From Glaucostegus cemiculus (lineage: Eukaryota), in contig CDPCPM010000017.1 of assembly GCA_976551045.1 (NCBI GenBank), positions 372,001 to 436,000 of the forward strand: DNA of 64,000 bases, written 5' to 3'. The position numbers and the translations under genes are program-made. Below the pieces are notes generated by a model, which saw only the letters and a list, made by a program, of their open reading frames with translations, searched no databases and was not told the origin of the DNA. Of the stretch, positions 48,011 through 60,295 are shown piece after piece; position 1 is the stretch's first letter, and the number at the start of each line of letters is the position of its first letter.

Positions 48011-49179
48011 GTTTAACAAATGATTCCCCTGGATCTTGGACATTCCCCTATCTGGCAGACATCCTGAATGCTTTCTACTTGTGGTGCTGTTTATCAATAT
48101 CACTGAAAATTACACAATTTATAACTGATGTTTTGTCAGTTTCATCAGCTAAACCAATCTTTAATATACAGGAAAATGGATGTCACTAGGATCCAGATGT
48201 TCCAAGAAAGACCAGAATTTACTGCCCATCACTAAATGTGCCACGATGGTGTGATAAGACCAGGTCTTGACCAGCACAAATGAAGGTCCTCCCACAGTGC
48301 TGTTGGGTAAGGATTTTCTGTACTTAGACCCAGTAACAATGAAGGAATATAATATTAAGTAAGAATGGGGTGTGAGATTTGAGAAATGCTATTGAAGAAG
48401 CCTTTGTTAGCTCCTGCAGCTGAAAATAGAATTGAACAATCTGAGTCATCGGCAAACATCCCAAATATGACCTTTGGAAATTTATGTCCTTATCCTGTCT
48501 TGAATCAAAGTACGGAAATTCCCTACATGATATATGGTTGGTACATTTTCAATGCATTTGTTCTTTTCCAATGTTTCAACCAAAAGCAGTCTCTTCATAT
48601 GTCATAAAACCCATTAACTTGTTCCACTCAAGATGAATTTTGTTTCGAAGTGATCACAGCATCTTCTCCATTCATGACAGATTCTTTAGCTTCTTGTGAG
48701 GAAGCTTACCAATTTGGAGTTCTTTTCTCCCCTAACGGTGCTTTGCATCAAGGTGCATAACTTCCATAAGTGCCTCGAGAAAGCTGAGACTAATTAAATG
48801 TAATTATACTGCAGTTTAGGGAACTGAGCCACAGCTTGTGAAAATAAATGACACTCACTGTACGCTGCACTTTCATTCACTATGAGGGATGGACTGTAAC
48901 TGATTTTCATTATTTAGTCAAGCTGTGCCAAGTTTCACTCACAGATACTATTAAGGCTTTGATTTTTTTTCTCTCTCTATCTGACTGTATGTGCAAGTTG
49001 ATTGAAAAATTACTCAGAGAATCAAGATGAATGAAAATTAGGGCCACTTGGAACTGTGGCACTTTCTACAGACCATCAGAAATATAAAGAAATTAAATCT
49101 TTAGAAGACACAATTTCTTCCATTTTCTAGTGGTTATGGATTCATTGCCCTCATCTAGAAAACCCTTACTGCTGCTTGC

Positions 49180-49360
49180 ACAGCACTTTCTCTGTAACTG
49201 TAACACTTTATTCTGCATTCTGTTATTGCTTTTCCCTTGAACTACCTCAATATACTGTGGTAATGAAATGATCTGTATGGATGGCATGCAAAACAAAGTT
49301 TTTCACTGTAAAACTTTGTAATACTTCACTGCATCGGTACTTGTGATAATAATAAACCAA
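49180..49360 (+). mobile_element. Rex1/Babar tail
   Basis: gcactttctctgtaactgtaacactttattctgcattctgtt..aataataaacc. Confidence 0.75.
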
Positions 49361-49429
49361 CTTACTTGAGATGAGCTGTGGTAATTGACATTTCCTTCCA
49401 CTCTTTTTTTCTAACTTTTCCAAATATAT

Positions 49430-49750
49430 TCATGGAGACATACAGCACAGAAACAGGTTCTTCAGCACACCAAGTCTACACCAACTATCAAATATGACTA
49501 TTTCCATTTTATTCTCCCTGTATACTGTCAACCACCCCAGATTCTATCTGCAGACTAGGGGCAACTTCAGTGGCTAATTAACCTACCCACCCACATGTCT
49601 TTGGGATGTGGCAGAAGATTAGAGCACATAGGGGAAACCCATGTGGTCACAGGGAGCATGTGCAAACTTCCAACAGGCACCACGAGAGCTCAGGATCAAA
49701 CACAGGTCTCTGAAGCTGTGAGGCAGCAGCACTACCAACTGCACCACTGT
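49430..49750 (-). mobile_element. V-SINE
   Basis: tgggatgtggcagaag..gaaacccatgtggtcacagggag..gctgtgaggcagcagcactacc. Confidence 0.75.
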
Positions 49751-50224
49751 GATACCCCACTCAACTCTCCCTGTTTCAAGATGCACACTGGGAACGTGGA
49801 CCTTCCTTGCCCGACTCCAATATTGCAGTCACATGATGAGGAAAAGCTGTTTATTGGTGCACATGGGTGAAAACCAGGAACTATCCTGGAGTCCAGGGGT
49901 CAGGTTCATTGCTGTTACTGCAGATCCTCATTTGTACTTCAGTTGAGTATAAAGAGAAAAGAAGTACTGTACCATTTTACAAAGCTCATTCAAACCTCTT
50001 GGGTCAGTGTATATTCTTCAAACCAGTAGGAGCACTGATCTTGTATTCCCATCCTTTCCAAACCCCCATTGGCTTTTGTTCCTTCAACAACTAATCCAAT
50101 CTGTTTTTAAAAGTTGACACAGGCCTAGGTTTTTACCATGAGCTGTAAGGTAATAGCAAACAGCATTCACCTAACCTACAATTGCTAAGAGGTTTTCACT
50201 GGCCAATCAGTGAAAGTTTAACAC

Positions 50225-50650
50225 CACAAGATCATAAGAAATAGGAAGAGGGTTAGGTCATTCAGTCCCTTGGACCTCTTCTGCCATTCATTGGGATCAT
50301 GGCTGATCCAATTTTGCTCAAGTCCACTTTCCTGCCCTCTCCCCATAACCTTTGTTTCCTTTACTGAATAAAAATTGATCTCAGCTTTCAATGTATTCAA
50401 GGACTCAGCCCCTACAGCTTTGTGGGCCAAGGGATTCCAAAGACTTGATTTCAATTGGTTTCCCCTGGTTCTGAGACTATGCCCTCTGATTCTAGTGTCT
50501 CCCATGGGGAAAACATCCTCCCACTGTCAAGCCCACTCAGAATTTTTCAATAAAATCAACCCTCTTCTTCAATGAGTACAGACCGAAGCTATTCAACCCT
50601 TCCTAATCACACAATCTGTTCATATCTTAGTAAACCTCTGAACTCCCTCC
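50225..50650 (-). mobile_element. CR1 3' end
   Basis: ORF 50218-50505 TRIRGHSLR..LWNPL; cataagaaatagga tail. Confidence 0.7.
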
Positions 50651-50674
50651 AATCATTATATTTTGAGGGCAGAA

Positions 50675-50762
50675 ATAGAGGGGAGGGGAGGGGAGGGGAG
50701 ACAGGGAAGAGGGTGAGAGAAGGGATGGAGAAAGAGAGAGTTATGAGGGAAGAAAGAGAGAA
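50675..50762. repeat. Purine-rich low-complexity tract
   Basis: gggaggggagggaggggag..agagag. Confidence 0.8.
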
Positions 50763-51659
50763 AGGTTTTCATCCCCTATTTGACTCTGGACCTGTACTCA
50801 TTTTCCAGAGCCTTACGTTATGATGTTTTTAAGGGGATCTAAGACTTCTGTGAGCAGGTCAAACAGCAAGAAGACTTTTCAATTAAACTGATTACACTTA
50901 CTGAAACACTCAGACCACAGAGTATTTCCTTTTCAGCCACTTGTGCTGCCATGTATAATATTTACAACATCTAAAATTGACAAATTCACCAATATTTTCT
51001 TGTTTTGCTTTTTGTCCAATGTTTCACCACACATGCTGCCACCTGTTGGTCATCCAACATTTCCAACCTAGCTCTGGAAGGTTCCACAGGTTTGTGTGTC
51101 CGTACGCACTTTTCTAGAGTTAACTTTCTCATGCAATGACTGCTTCCTTCCTCTACACTCCCAAATTCCACAATATTCCAATCCCTGATGGCGAGTCCTT
51201 CAAATCAGCGAAACTGCAATTATCTGCCCATAATCTTAGCTCTGTTAAGAAGTTATCAAAGGATTCTCTCTGCTCCTGGTTGTGACGAAAGAATTGCTAA
51301 AGGTTAACTGTCACATTTCTAGACAGTTTGCAAAGTGTTTGTGATGCCTCCAATGCATTCCATATGTTCTAATTTGAGGGCTTTATGAAATCACTGTTGG
51401 ATCTGAAATCGGATAGTGGTGGGGGAGGTAGGGCTGATTGAATGTCCGGAGCCTTATGTTGAGCAACATATATAGCACAAAAGACATTGTGCACGACACT
51501 TGGCTCAACATTATTAATATCCTCCTTAAAAAGAAATAACTGGGAGCTTTAATTATCAAGTATTACACCATTTTAACCCAATTTTCCTTGATTGCCCAAC
51601 TTTTTTTTGCCTGATTTTAGGATGAAAGTCACGAATAATTAAGAAAAAAAAAGAGAAAG

Positions 51660-51940
51660 GCTTGCCTGCCTGAGTTGTCTTTAACAGCCATTTGGGAATA
51701 TAGAGCAAAAAGAGTACTTTCTAAATGTCGTCACTGTTATAATGTGAGAACCAATGCAGTCAGTTTGCACACAAATGACTTCAGGAACTTTAATTGAGAA
51801 ATAACTGCAACATTCTTCTGAGGTATTTCGTGGGATTTTTGTTTAACATCTATTTTCATGTTGGACAGGGCTACAATTTACTATCTCATCTGAAGGTGTC
51901 ACCTCTAACATTACAGCACTCTTTCAATACTGCAGTACAG
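51660..51940 (-). mobile_element. Deu-domain SINE (SacSINE1/AmnSINE1-like), decayed
   Basis: agtactttctaaatgtcgtcactgttataatgt..cagtttgcacaca..tctcatctgaaggtgtcacctctaaca..gcactctttcaatactgca. Confidence 0.65.
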
Positions 51941-52449
51941 TTTCCATTATCCTAAATTAATACCATATTGATTTCTTGTGCTCTTTCCTTTGCTGAATGT
52001 TGTAGCAGTGGAGGATATCACTGCTGGATTTTGCACTTTAACCACACATGAGCAGAGGTCTGAGGTTAACGTCAGTATTACTGACACTACAAAATCTGGC
52101 CCATTATTTCTGTTTCAATAACTGACTTTGATAATGTATTCCACATCAAAATGTCTTGCTAGTTGCATTTTAGCTGGTATTTATTTGCTCCTCATACTAA
52201 AGTCTGAAAACAGTTGGAAAATCCTGTTTCTATCTACTTCCCTTCTTCATAAGCCCCATCTCCACGACCAAATCATCCTCTTCTCTCCTCCGTACTAATT
52301 AGATTTGTCCCAGTTTTTCAGGTCCTTTATTGCATCTGTATTTCAAAGACTACCTCAGTGAATCTATATCCCTTCTCTTGCCATAATATCCTTCCAGTAG
52401 GTTGCAGCCTAAAATGCCATTCAATCCCCCACATACTCCAATTATCTGG

Positions 52450-52727
52450 AGACACAAGCGACTACAGATACTGGAATCTGGGGCAACACACAAGATGCTG
52501 GAGGAACTCAGAAGGTCAGGCAGCATCCGTGGAGGGAAATGGACAGTCATGTTTCAGGTTGAAACCCTTCATTTGGACTGACTTAAGGATGACATTGGTG
52601 AATAATTAAGAATAAGTAAAAGTTTTGCCCGATGAAGGGTCTCAACCAAAAAACGTCTTCTCTCCATTTCCCTCCACAGATGCCACCTGAACTGCTGAAT
52701 TCCTCCAGCATCTTTTTTGTTGCTCCT
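52450..52727. mobile_element. Head-to-head inverted pair of Penelope termini with hammerhead-like cores
   Basis: gatgctggaggaactcag..ggagggaaatgga (left arm) is the reverse complement of tccatttccctcca..ctgaattcctccagcatc (right arm); ~47-bp spacer. Confidence 0.8.
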
Positions 52728-53164
52728 AAAATTATCTGTTTACACAAATGCACCAGTGCATCATGACATATTATATTCTTTATCGTTTTCCATAATTATC
52801 CACTGAAATGATTCACTCTCATGCTTGTGGTAATTGGTATAAGCAAAATTAAGGAGAATCTCTTCTTCACGATCAGTTTGCCTCCATGGGGGAGAATTTC
52901 CTCCCTAATGAAATAATCAATCTATTTATGTCGAACACTGTGAGTCTGCTTCATATGGGGTCAGAGAAGAAACCTTCACCCATGTTTGTATTTGTTTGTC
53001 CTTTTGATTTTAGCCAGGAACTTCAAAAAAATAAGTTACCTCCAGGAGCAGATGCTCTTGAAATAAGGCTGTGAATGACACGTTATAACTGAGTTCTTCA
53101 ATAATATTCATTTACATCTGTGTATACATTGTTTTTGCAATTACATCAGCCTGTAAACATAATA

Positions 53165-53870
53165 AATGGAATCAGGAGGAGGTCATACCTTTCCTTAACC
53201 CTGCTCTGCCATTCTTTTGGATCATGGCTAACATTATCCCTTATCTCCTTTCCCTTCAGATCCTTACATCCACTGATTTCCTTGGTGCCCATAAATATAT
53301 CAGTCTCAGCCTTGAAAATACTCAATGGCTGAACATCCATAACCATTGGGAAAGGAATTCTAAAGGTTTACAATACTCAGTATGAAGAAGTTCTGCCTCA
53401 TCACAGTGCTAAGAGGCCAAACAATGAACATATGCCCTCTGGTTCCCACAACCTTTCAATACCTACCCAGTCAATGCCTCCCAGAATCTTGTATATCCCA
53501 ATGAAATTATCTCTCATTTTTCCATTTGCCAGACAGTATATGTAGTCTAATTAAGTTTTCCTTATTGGACAACCCCCTCATCCTAAGAGTTAATCCAGTG
53601 AATCAACATGGCAGTTTCCAAGTATATCCTTCTTTACATATCCCCATTTAAAATTGCACAGAGTTCATAAAAAGAGGTCTCACCAAAGTCCTATCCAAAC
53701 TCAGTAAGACTTCTTTATTATTGTTCCCCTTGCAATAAGGAGAACACATTATTTGTTTTTCGAATTGCTTCCTGCACCTGCAATTTTACTTCCTGTTCTC
53801 ACGAACCAACAGAAAATGCTCTCCGCACATCAACATTTGCTAGTTTCTCGCTTTTTCAAAGATTTTGGGC
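53165..53870 (-). mobile_element. Old CR1 3' fragment
   Basis: ORF 53146-53346 LSIFKAETDIF; ggtctcaccaaag..cccttgcaataa. Confidence 0.65.
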
Positions 53871-54140
53871 CAGAGATTTGTCTGTATTGTTTTTCCAGCA
53901 TTAAAACCATGTTAACAATGTACCTCATGTTTTACCCAAAAGCTCCAAAAAAATAAAATTCATTATTACCATTTCTAGAATAGCACTTTCAGATTCTCTT
54001 GTGTAATGACACTGTCTCAGGGACAGCAGGCATTAAGGGTTCAGTTTCCCTGGTTAGCAGCTTTTCCCTCTAGAAGTAGTCCTTAAAGGGCCACAGCACT
54101 GCACAACACAGACCTCTTTAAATATTCTGATTCTGCTCTA

Positions 54141-55030
54141 GAGATTCTGCTCTAACTCCATCTATGAGTTTGCAGATGATACCACCGTGGTGGGCTGCAT
54201 CTCAAATAATGATGAATCAGAGTACAGGAAGGAGATAGAGAGCTTAGTGACATGGTGTCATGACAACAACCTTTCCCTCAATGTCAGCAAAACTGAAGAG
54301 CTGGTCATTGACTTCAGGAAAGGGGGCAATGTAAATGCACCTGTTTACATTAATGGTGCTGAGATCGAGAGGGATGAGAGCTTCAAGTTCCTAGAAGTGA
54401 ATATCAACAATAGCCTGTCCTGGTCCAACCACATAGACGCCATCGCCAAGAAAGATCACTAGTGCCTCTACTTGCTCAGGAGGCTAAAGAAGTTTGGCAT
54501 GCTCCCTTTGACACTCACTGACTTTTATTGATGCACCATAGAAAGCATCCTATCTGGATGCATCTCGGCTTGGTATAGCAACAGCTCTGCCTGAGACCAC
54601 AAGAAACTGCAGAGAGTTGTGGACACAGTCCAGCACATCACAGAAACCAGCCTCCCCTCCATGGACTCTTTCTATACCTCTCACCGCCTTGGTGAAGCAG
54701 CCAGCATAATCAAAGACCACACCCACCTGGGTCATTCTCTCTTCTCCCCTCTCCCTTCAGGCAGAAGATATAGGAGCCTGAGGGCACATACCACCAGGCT
54801 CAAGGACAGTTTCTATCCCATAGTGATAAGACTATTGAACACTTCCCTTATATGATGAGATGGACTTTTGATCTTACAGTCTACTTTGTTATGACCTTGC
54901 ACCTTATTGTCTACCTGCAATGCACTTCCCTGTAGCTGTGATGCACTGTGTAATGAATTGATCTGTACGAACGGTATGCAAGGCAAGTTTTTTACTATAC
55001 CTCGGTACAAGTGACAATAATAAACCGATA
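54141..55030 (+). mobile_element. Rex1/Babar LINE from the RT FADD motif to the 3' tail (resident family)
   Basis: tttgcagatgataccaccgtggtgggc (FADDTTVVG), WCHDNNLSLNVSKTEELVIDFRK, PLPSGRRYRSL..RLKDSFYP, tail. Confidence 0.92.
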
Positions 55031-56339
55031 CTTGCAAATATTTGGAAAGACTGGATGAAAGCTGCAATGATAGGAGGGAGGTGACAGAATCTACCCCGCA
55101 GGCTTCTAACAAACAGGTGGGTGAAGAGGCAGCCGCCTTGTGCAAAGGGAGCGAGCTTGCCAGATATAAGTCCTAAAGTCACATTTGTCAAAGATAGAAC
55201 GTTCCCCTGTTCAACAGAGATGCAGTGGATGTTTTCTTAATCAGCAATGAAGCAGTGAGCAGCAAGGAGTTGTATGTGGTCTATCTCAGTGGGGACAGCC
55301 TACAAAGATCTTGAGGCAAGGCTTCTGAGAGTGAATATATTTTATTGTGACCTCTACTGTTCAAGCAGGGCACCTGCTAGGGTTTGCATGCTACCAAAGG
55401 TTTATTCAGCACGCAAATGCACTTAGGCTCTCAAAAGTACTGTTTCTTGAGCATCATAACTTACAACCGTCTCTCAGGTGACCTGTAATGAGTGCCACCT
55501 CTTTTGTCAAATGTCTTCCTCCAGTTTTTTTCTATTCTTTTCTGACCTGATGAACTTGGAACCACTTTTTGCAGTATTTTCTTTTCTGGCAATTCTGGTC
55601 ATTTAACTCTGAGGGAGAACCTGGTGAAACCATCTGAGGCTGTGCTGTCTGGGATACCAGTTTGGGTCAGTCTAGCCATTTGACAGGGAGTCGTGCAACA
55701 TTCTTCCATGATGAAGAGTAGATACATCTGACCTTTTAAATATGATTCAGCTTTTAAGCCTTCAGTGCCATTAAAGGCTGTTATTTTCTGTGAGTGAGGT
55801 CATGATTCAGACCAATATAATTGAAAATCTCAAGAGAAGTGTATGTTGGCCATAGCTATTGATATCACAGATCTGCTGGATGCCAGACTGAAGTGTCAGC
55901 CTTATTAATGACTGGCATGACTCAGAGAACAGAACAAAATTAATTAATGACACATTAAACCAGTTTTCCTTCATGCGATGCCTGTTCGTTGACTGTTATG
56001 TGGACCTTTTCCGCTGTTCTTCTTACCAGAGTGCATTTCCCACATCTTGCCTTCTCCTTTATCACTTTGCAGACTACTTAAGCTTGTACATTGGATCCAC
56101 TTGCACATGTTTGTCTTGAAAAAATATTGTGCATAAAGTTGGTTTTAACAGATGTATTTTGCACCAGTGATCATTTCTGGTTGGAAATGTGTCCACCAGG
56201 AAATTAGCCCAAGCATATCCAAGCCTGATTCTCCTTGACAGAACTGATGCTTTCCCATTATTGAACACACATCCCATGAGATCACAGGTGATGCACTGTA
56301 CATTTCACCTATTATATATATTTTATTGTGACACAGCGG

Positions 56340-56615
56340 GAAGCTTCTCAGTGCATCAAGTCCATGCCAGCTGACAGAGCATTTCCTCAGTCCCATTCCC
56401 CCACTTATTTTACCAGTAACTTATTCTCTCACACACACCCATGAATTCCATCATCATTCCCCTCCTACTCACTTAAGGGAAGTTTACAGCAGCCAATCAT
56501 CCTACCAACCTGCTTGCGTTTGGAATATGGGGAGAAAAAGACAGAGGGGAAACCCACATGGTCGCAGAGAAAACATGGAAACTCCACACAGACAGCATCC
56601 AAGATCGGAATCTTG
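56340..56615 (-). mobile_element. V-SINE (decayed)
   Basis: gaaacccacatggtcgcagagaaaacatggaaactccacacagacagca. Confidence 0.65.
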
Positions 56616-56757
56616 ACATCAAGCTAACTTCCTATAATTCCTTATTTTTCACTCTCTCTTAAATAGTGGTGGCACACTTTCTATCTTTCAACCTACTGCA
56701 GCTATCACGGGACCCAGGGAATTTTGTAAGATCAACACTAATAGATTTTCTAGACCC

Positions 56758-57887
56758 GCAAGACGGGACACCATGCTCAAGTCCCTGGACAATGGGGGTA
56801 AAGGTGTCCCCAGTGTCACCCTCATCCTGACGACCACCTTCGTCTGTGGCTGCATCAGGTGGTACGTGGAACCCAAGTACATCGGCACCAAGTGTCACTA
56901 CGTGCTGAGGTTCTACTTGTCCCTGCTGTTACGAAGGATGGGCCTGGCCCAGTGGCCACACAGTGTCCCGGTCAGCTGGACGCTGCCACACTACCTGTCC
57001 TTCGTGGAAAAATTCTTCCAGACCAACACCTTTGACCACAAGTCCATCAGGCAGTGGTCAGCACGGAACATCCTGCAGGCACTGCAGGAGAAGGACATAA
57101 TGGATATGGTGGGGTGGTTCCCTGAGCAGATTGTCCAGGCCATCTGGCAGAAAGCCTCATCACCAGAACTCACCAACAAGCACCGAGACCTCGCTTGGCT
57201 GGCGGTGAGAGGGGCCCTCCCAGTCAGATCCCTCCTGTACAAGTGGAACCTCAGTCTCAGTGCGCGCTGCCCCCAGGAGGACTGCGTTGGGGACAAGACG
57301 GTAGCTCACCTCTTTGCAGACTGTAGGTTTGTGAGGAGGGTGTGGTGAAAGATGCAAAGGTCCTTGTCACAGTTCATCCCCAGCATCTGCGTAAAAGAGG
57401 ATTCCCTGATCTGTGGGCTGTTCCTGGGGACACACTCAGAGACGGACATCAACTGCTGCTGGAAGGTCATCAACTCGGTGAAAGACGCCCTTTGGTCTGC
57501 CCGGAACTTGTTGGTCTCCCAGCACCGTGAGAGGTCCATGGAGGAATGCTGCCGACTGGCACATTCCAAGTTGCAGGAGTACGTGCTGAGAGACGCACTG
57601 AAGCTGGGCACAGCCAACGCTAAGGCGCGGTGTGGAAGGGCCACAGTTTAGGGTTCTTGTGCCACAGGAGAGGGAGGGGTGGGGTCAGGTGAGGAAGCCC
57701 CTCAAATGTTGTAAATATGGGATTGGGGTATCACTTTAGGGAGCCACATGTGTGGCATCGGTGCTGTGTTTTGTACATGTAAAAAGGTAACACTAAGAAT
57801 GGAACTGTAATCGAATGTAAAAGGTTTGAACGGTTTTATTATTGTCTACAGTTTATTATGAATAAAGTTTATTTTGTTAATAAAAAC
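56758..57887 (+). mobile_element. 5'-truncated Tx1 (L1-clade) LINE with zf-RVT C-terminus and 13-bp TSD
   Basis: ORFs 56773-57348 and 57352-57651 share a frame separated by one TGA; DLAWLAVRGALPV, C-x4-C..HLFADC zinc finger; AATAAA and A-rich tail; ATTTTCTAGACCC at 56745-56757 and 57888-57900. Confidence 0.92.
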
Positions 57888-57900
57888 ATTTTCTAGACCC

Positions 57901-58380
57901 TCAAAGCCAAACCATCACGTCCAAGGGACTTCCCTAGTTATAGTTTCATTAATTTCTTCAGTTACCTTCTCTAGAGTGATTTTAATTCAAGTTCCTCATT
58001 GTTATAACAAGTCATGGCACCCTTTCGCCTCTGCTACTTTTATTGTGTCTTTTGCAGTGAAGGCAGATTTAAAATATATGCTTGATGCCTCAGCCATTGC
58101 TTTATTCCTCATCACAATTTCTCCTGTTACTGCCTTTGTGAACTCCACATTCATTTTGCCACTCTTTCTAACTAGTCATAGGAACTCAAGGAATATTTAT
58201 TTCTTGCTAATTTGTGCTAATGCTCTACTTTCAACTTCTTTCAATTTATTTCTTTCAGTCATTTGTTGCTGCTTCCTAAAATTCTCCAATGCCCAGGATT
58301 CCCTTCCTAGCTTACAAACACTTAAGGATCTTCTTGTAGCATTTTTAATTTCTTCTTTATGGAATTTGAAATAATGACAA
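57901..58380 (-). mobile_element. Old CR1 ORF2 fragment that hosts the Tx1 insertion (continues at ~56620-56757)
   Basis: Reverse strand gives SLGRDG (SPGPDG-like) and MAEASSIYFKSAF (MAEELNKYF-like) motifs. Confidence 0.6.
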
Positions 58381-58471
58381 ATATTTGCTGCTGTTCATTT
58401 GCTGTTATTTTATAATGTTATTATTGCTTTCCCTTTCTGTTTGTAGCAAGCTCATGATACAACCTCAATGC

Positions 58472-58780
58472 AACACTGAAGGAGTGCGACACTAATGTAG
58501 ACGTTGTATTTCAAATGAGATGTTAAGCAGTCCTATTCGGTGAACGTAACAGTTATTGTAATACTATTTTAAGAGGAGTTCCCACAATGTTCTGGCCAAC
58601 ATCACTAAAATAGATTATCAACTCATTATCTCATTGCTGTAAATGGAATGTTGCTGTGTAAGAATTGGCTGCTGCGTTTCCACATATTTCAATAGTGACT
58701 ATATTTCAGAAGTACTTAACTAGCTATAAAACACTCAGGAACAATTTGAAGTGGTGAAAGGGTTCTCTAAATGCAAAATC
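58472..58780 (+). mobile_element. Deu-domain SINE (SacSINE1/AmnSINE1-like)
   Basis: ccaacatcactaaaatagattatc..cattatctcattgctg..aattggctgctgcgtttcc..agtgacta..ttcagaagtactt..gtgaaagg..taaatgcaa. Confidence 0.8.
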
Positions 58781-58974
58781 TCTCACATCTATCTGCAAGG
58801 GCAGACACAACCTTAGCTTATTATCTCATTTGAAAGACAATGTGCCTCCAACGGTCAAGAGCTCTCTCAATTCTCTGCACTGGCATACAAGCAATGACAT
58901 TATGCTCATTTTGCACAGCCTCTCAAGTCAAAAGCAAGAGAGTTGCCAGTGAGCCACAGTTGATTTTGTTTCAA

Positions 58975-59215
58975 TGGCAGCAGAGTGCTGGACTGTCTCA
59001 TGACTCCAGAGACCTGGGCGCGATCCTGACCTCTGGTGTCGTCTGTGTACACATTCTCCCTGGGACCACGTGGGCTTCCCCAGGCGATCTGGTTTCCTTC
59101 CAGGTCCCAAAGGCATGCTGGTTGGTAGATTAATTAGGTTTGGTAAATTGTCACTAGTAGGGGAGTTTTAGGAGAATCAGGGCAGCATTGGGTTGATGGG
59201 ATCGCTCTGGAAGCC
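58975..59215 (+). mobile_element. V-SINE (decayed)
   Basis: ctccagagacctgggcgcgatcctgacctctggtg..cattctccctgggaccacgtgggcttcc. Confidence 0.7.
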
Positions 59216-59574
59216 AAGACAGAAAGAGGTCATTTGGCCATTGCGTCTCAGCTGCAAGAAAATTTAACAATTGTTTAAATCCATCATTGAAGCTTGATGT
59301 GATCTTAACCTTGGATTGTCCCTATTGATTAAGACAGGAGCAAATGCTCAGGAAGATTTCCTCATGATCCTGGAGAAGCAGAAAAGATCCTTGGCCCTGC
59401 AAAGAGCACTTACAGTGTCAAGGAATATTTAACCTTGGGTCCCTGGCAGTGCCCAACCACCACCAAGTCCCACACTCATTTGTTAACTTCAACCATTTCA
59501 TCCATTTGTTCAAGCAGACAAATTTAATTGAGGCTTGGATGCTGATATAGCCAAGGCCTCATGTTAGTGTTTGT

Positions 59575-60295
59575 CACAGTCAGACAGCTCAGAAATAAGT
59601 CCTTCAGCCCACTGAATCCACACTGACTATCAAGCCCCCATTTCCATTCATCCCACTTTTCTCTCTCCATATTCCAGTCAACTCCCCCCAGATTCTACCA
59701 TTTGGCTGCACTTCAGGAGCAATTTACAGTGGCCAAGTTGGGTGGGGGAGGAAACCAGATCACCCGGTGGAAACCCATCTGGTCATAGGGAGAATGTTGT
59801 TTTACAACAGCAGTACAGTGTAAGACATAAAAATTACTATAAATTACAATATAAATAAATAGTGCAAAATAGTGCAAAAAAAAGTAGTGTTCATGGGTTC
59901 ACGGACTTTCAGAAATCTGATGCAGATGGGAAGAAGCTGTTCTTGAATGATTGAGTGTGGGTTTTCAGGCTCCTGTTCTTCCTCCCCAATGGTAGTAACA
60001 AGAAGAGGGCATACTCCAGATGGTGAGGGTCCTCAGTGATGGATGCCACTTTCTTGAGGCACTGCTTCTTGAAGATATCCTCAATGGTGGGTAACGTTGT
60101 GCCCATGATGGAGTTGGCTGTGTCTATAACTCTCTGCAGCCGCTTGTGATCCTGTGCACTGGAGCCTCAATACCAGGCAGTGATGTAACCAGTCAGAATG
60201 CTCTCCACCATATATCTACAGAAATTTGCAAGTGTCTTTGGTGACTTATCAAATCTTCTCAAACTCCCAACGAAGTCGAGTCACTGGCGTGCCAT
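59575..60295 (-). mobile_element. SINE 3' part (59575-59795) abutting a Rex1/Babar fragment (59795-60295)
   Basis: ORF 59909-60106 GTTLPTIEDIF..DPHH..LPLGRKNRSLKTHT..NSFFP. Confidence 0.8.

Noticed and set aside
48710-48783. Minus-strand candidate exon with TTG|GTAAGC donor
   Set aside because: The acceptor is weak, the peptide is unrecognisable and no partner exons were found.
57874-58374. 166-aa hydrophobic + strand ORF
   Set aside because: Antisense shadow of a decayed A-rich CR1 ORF2.
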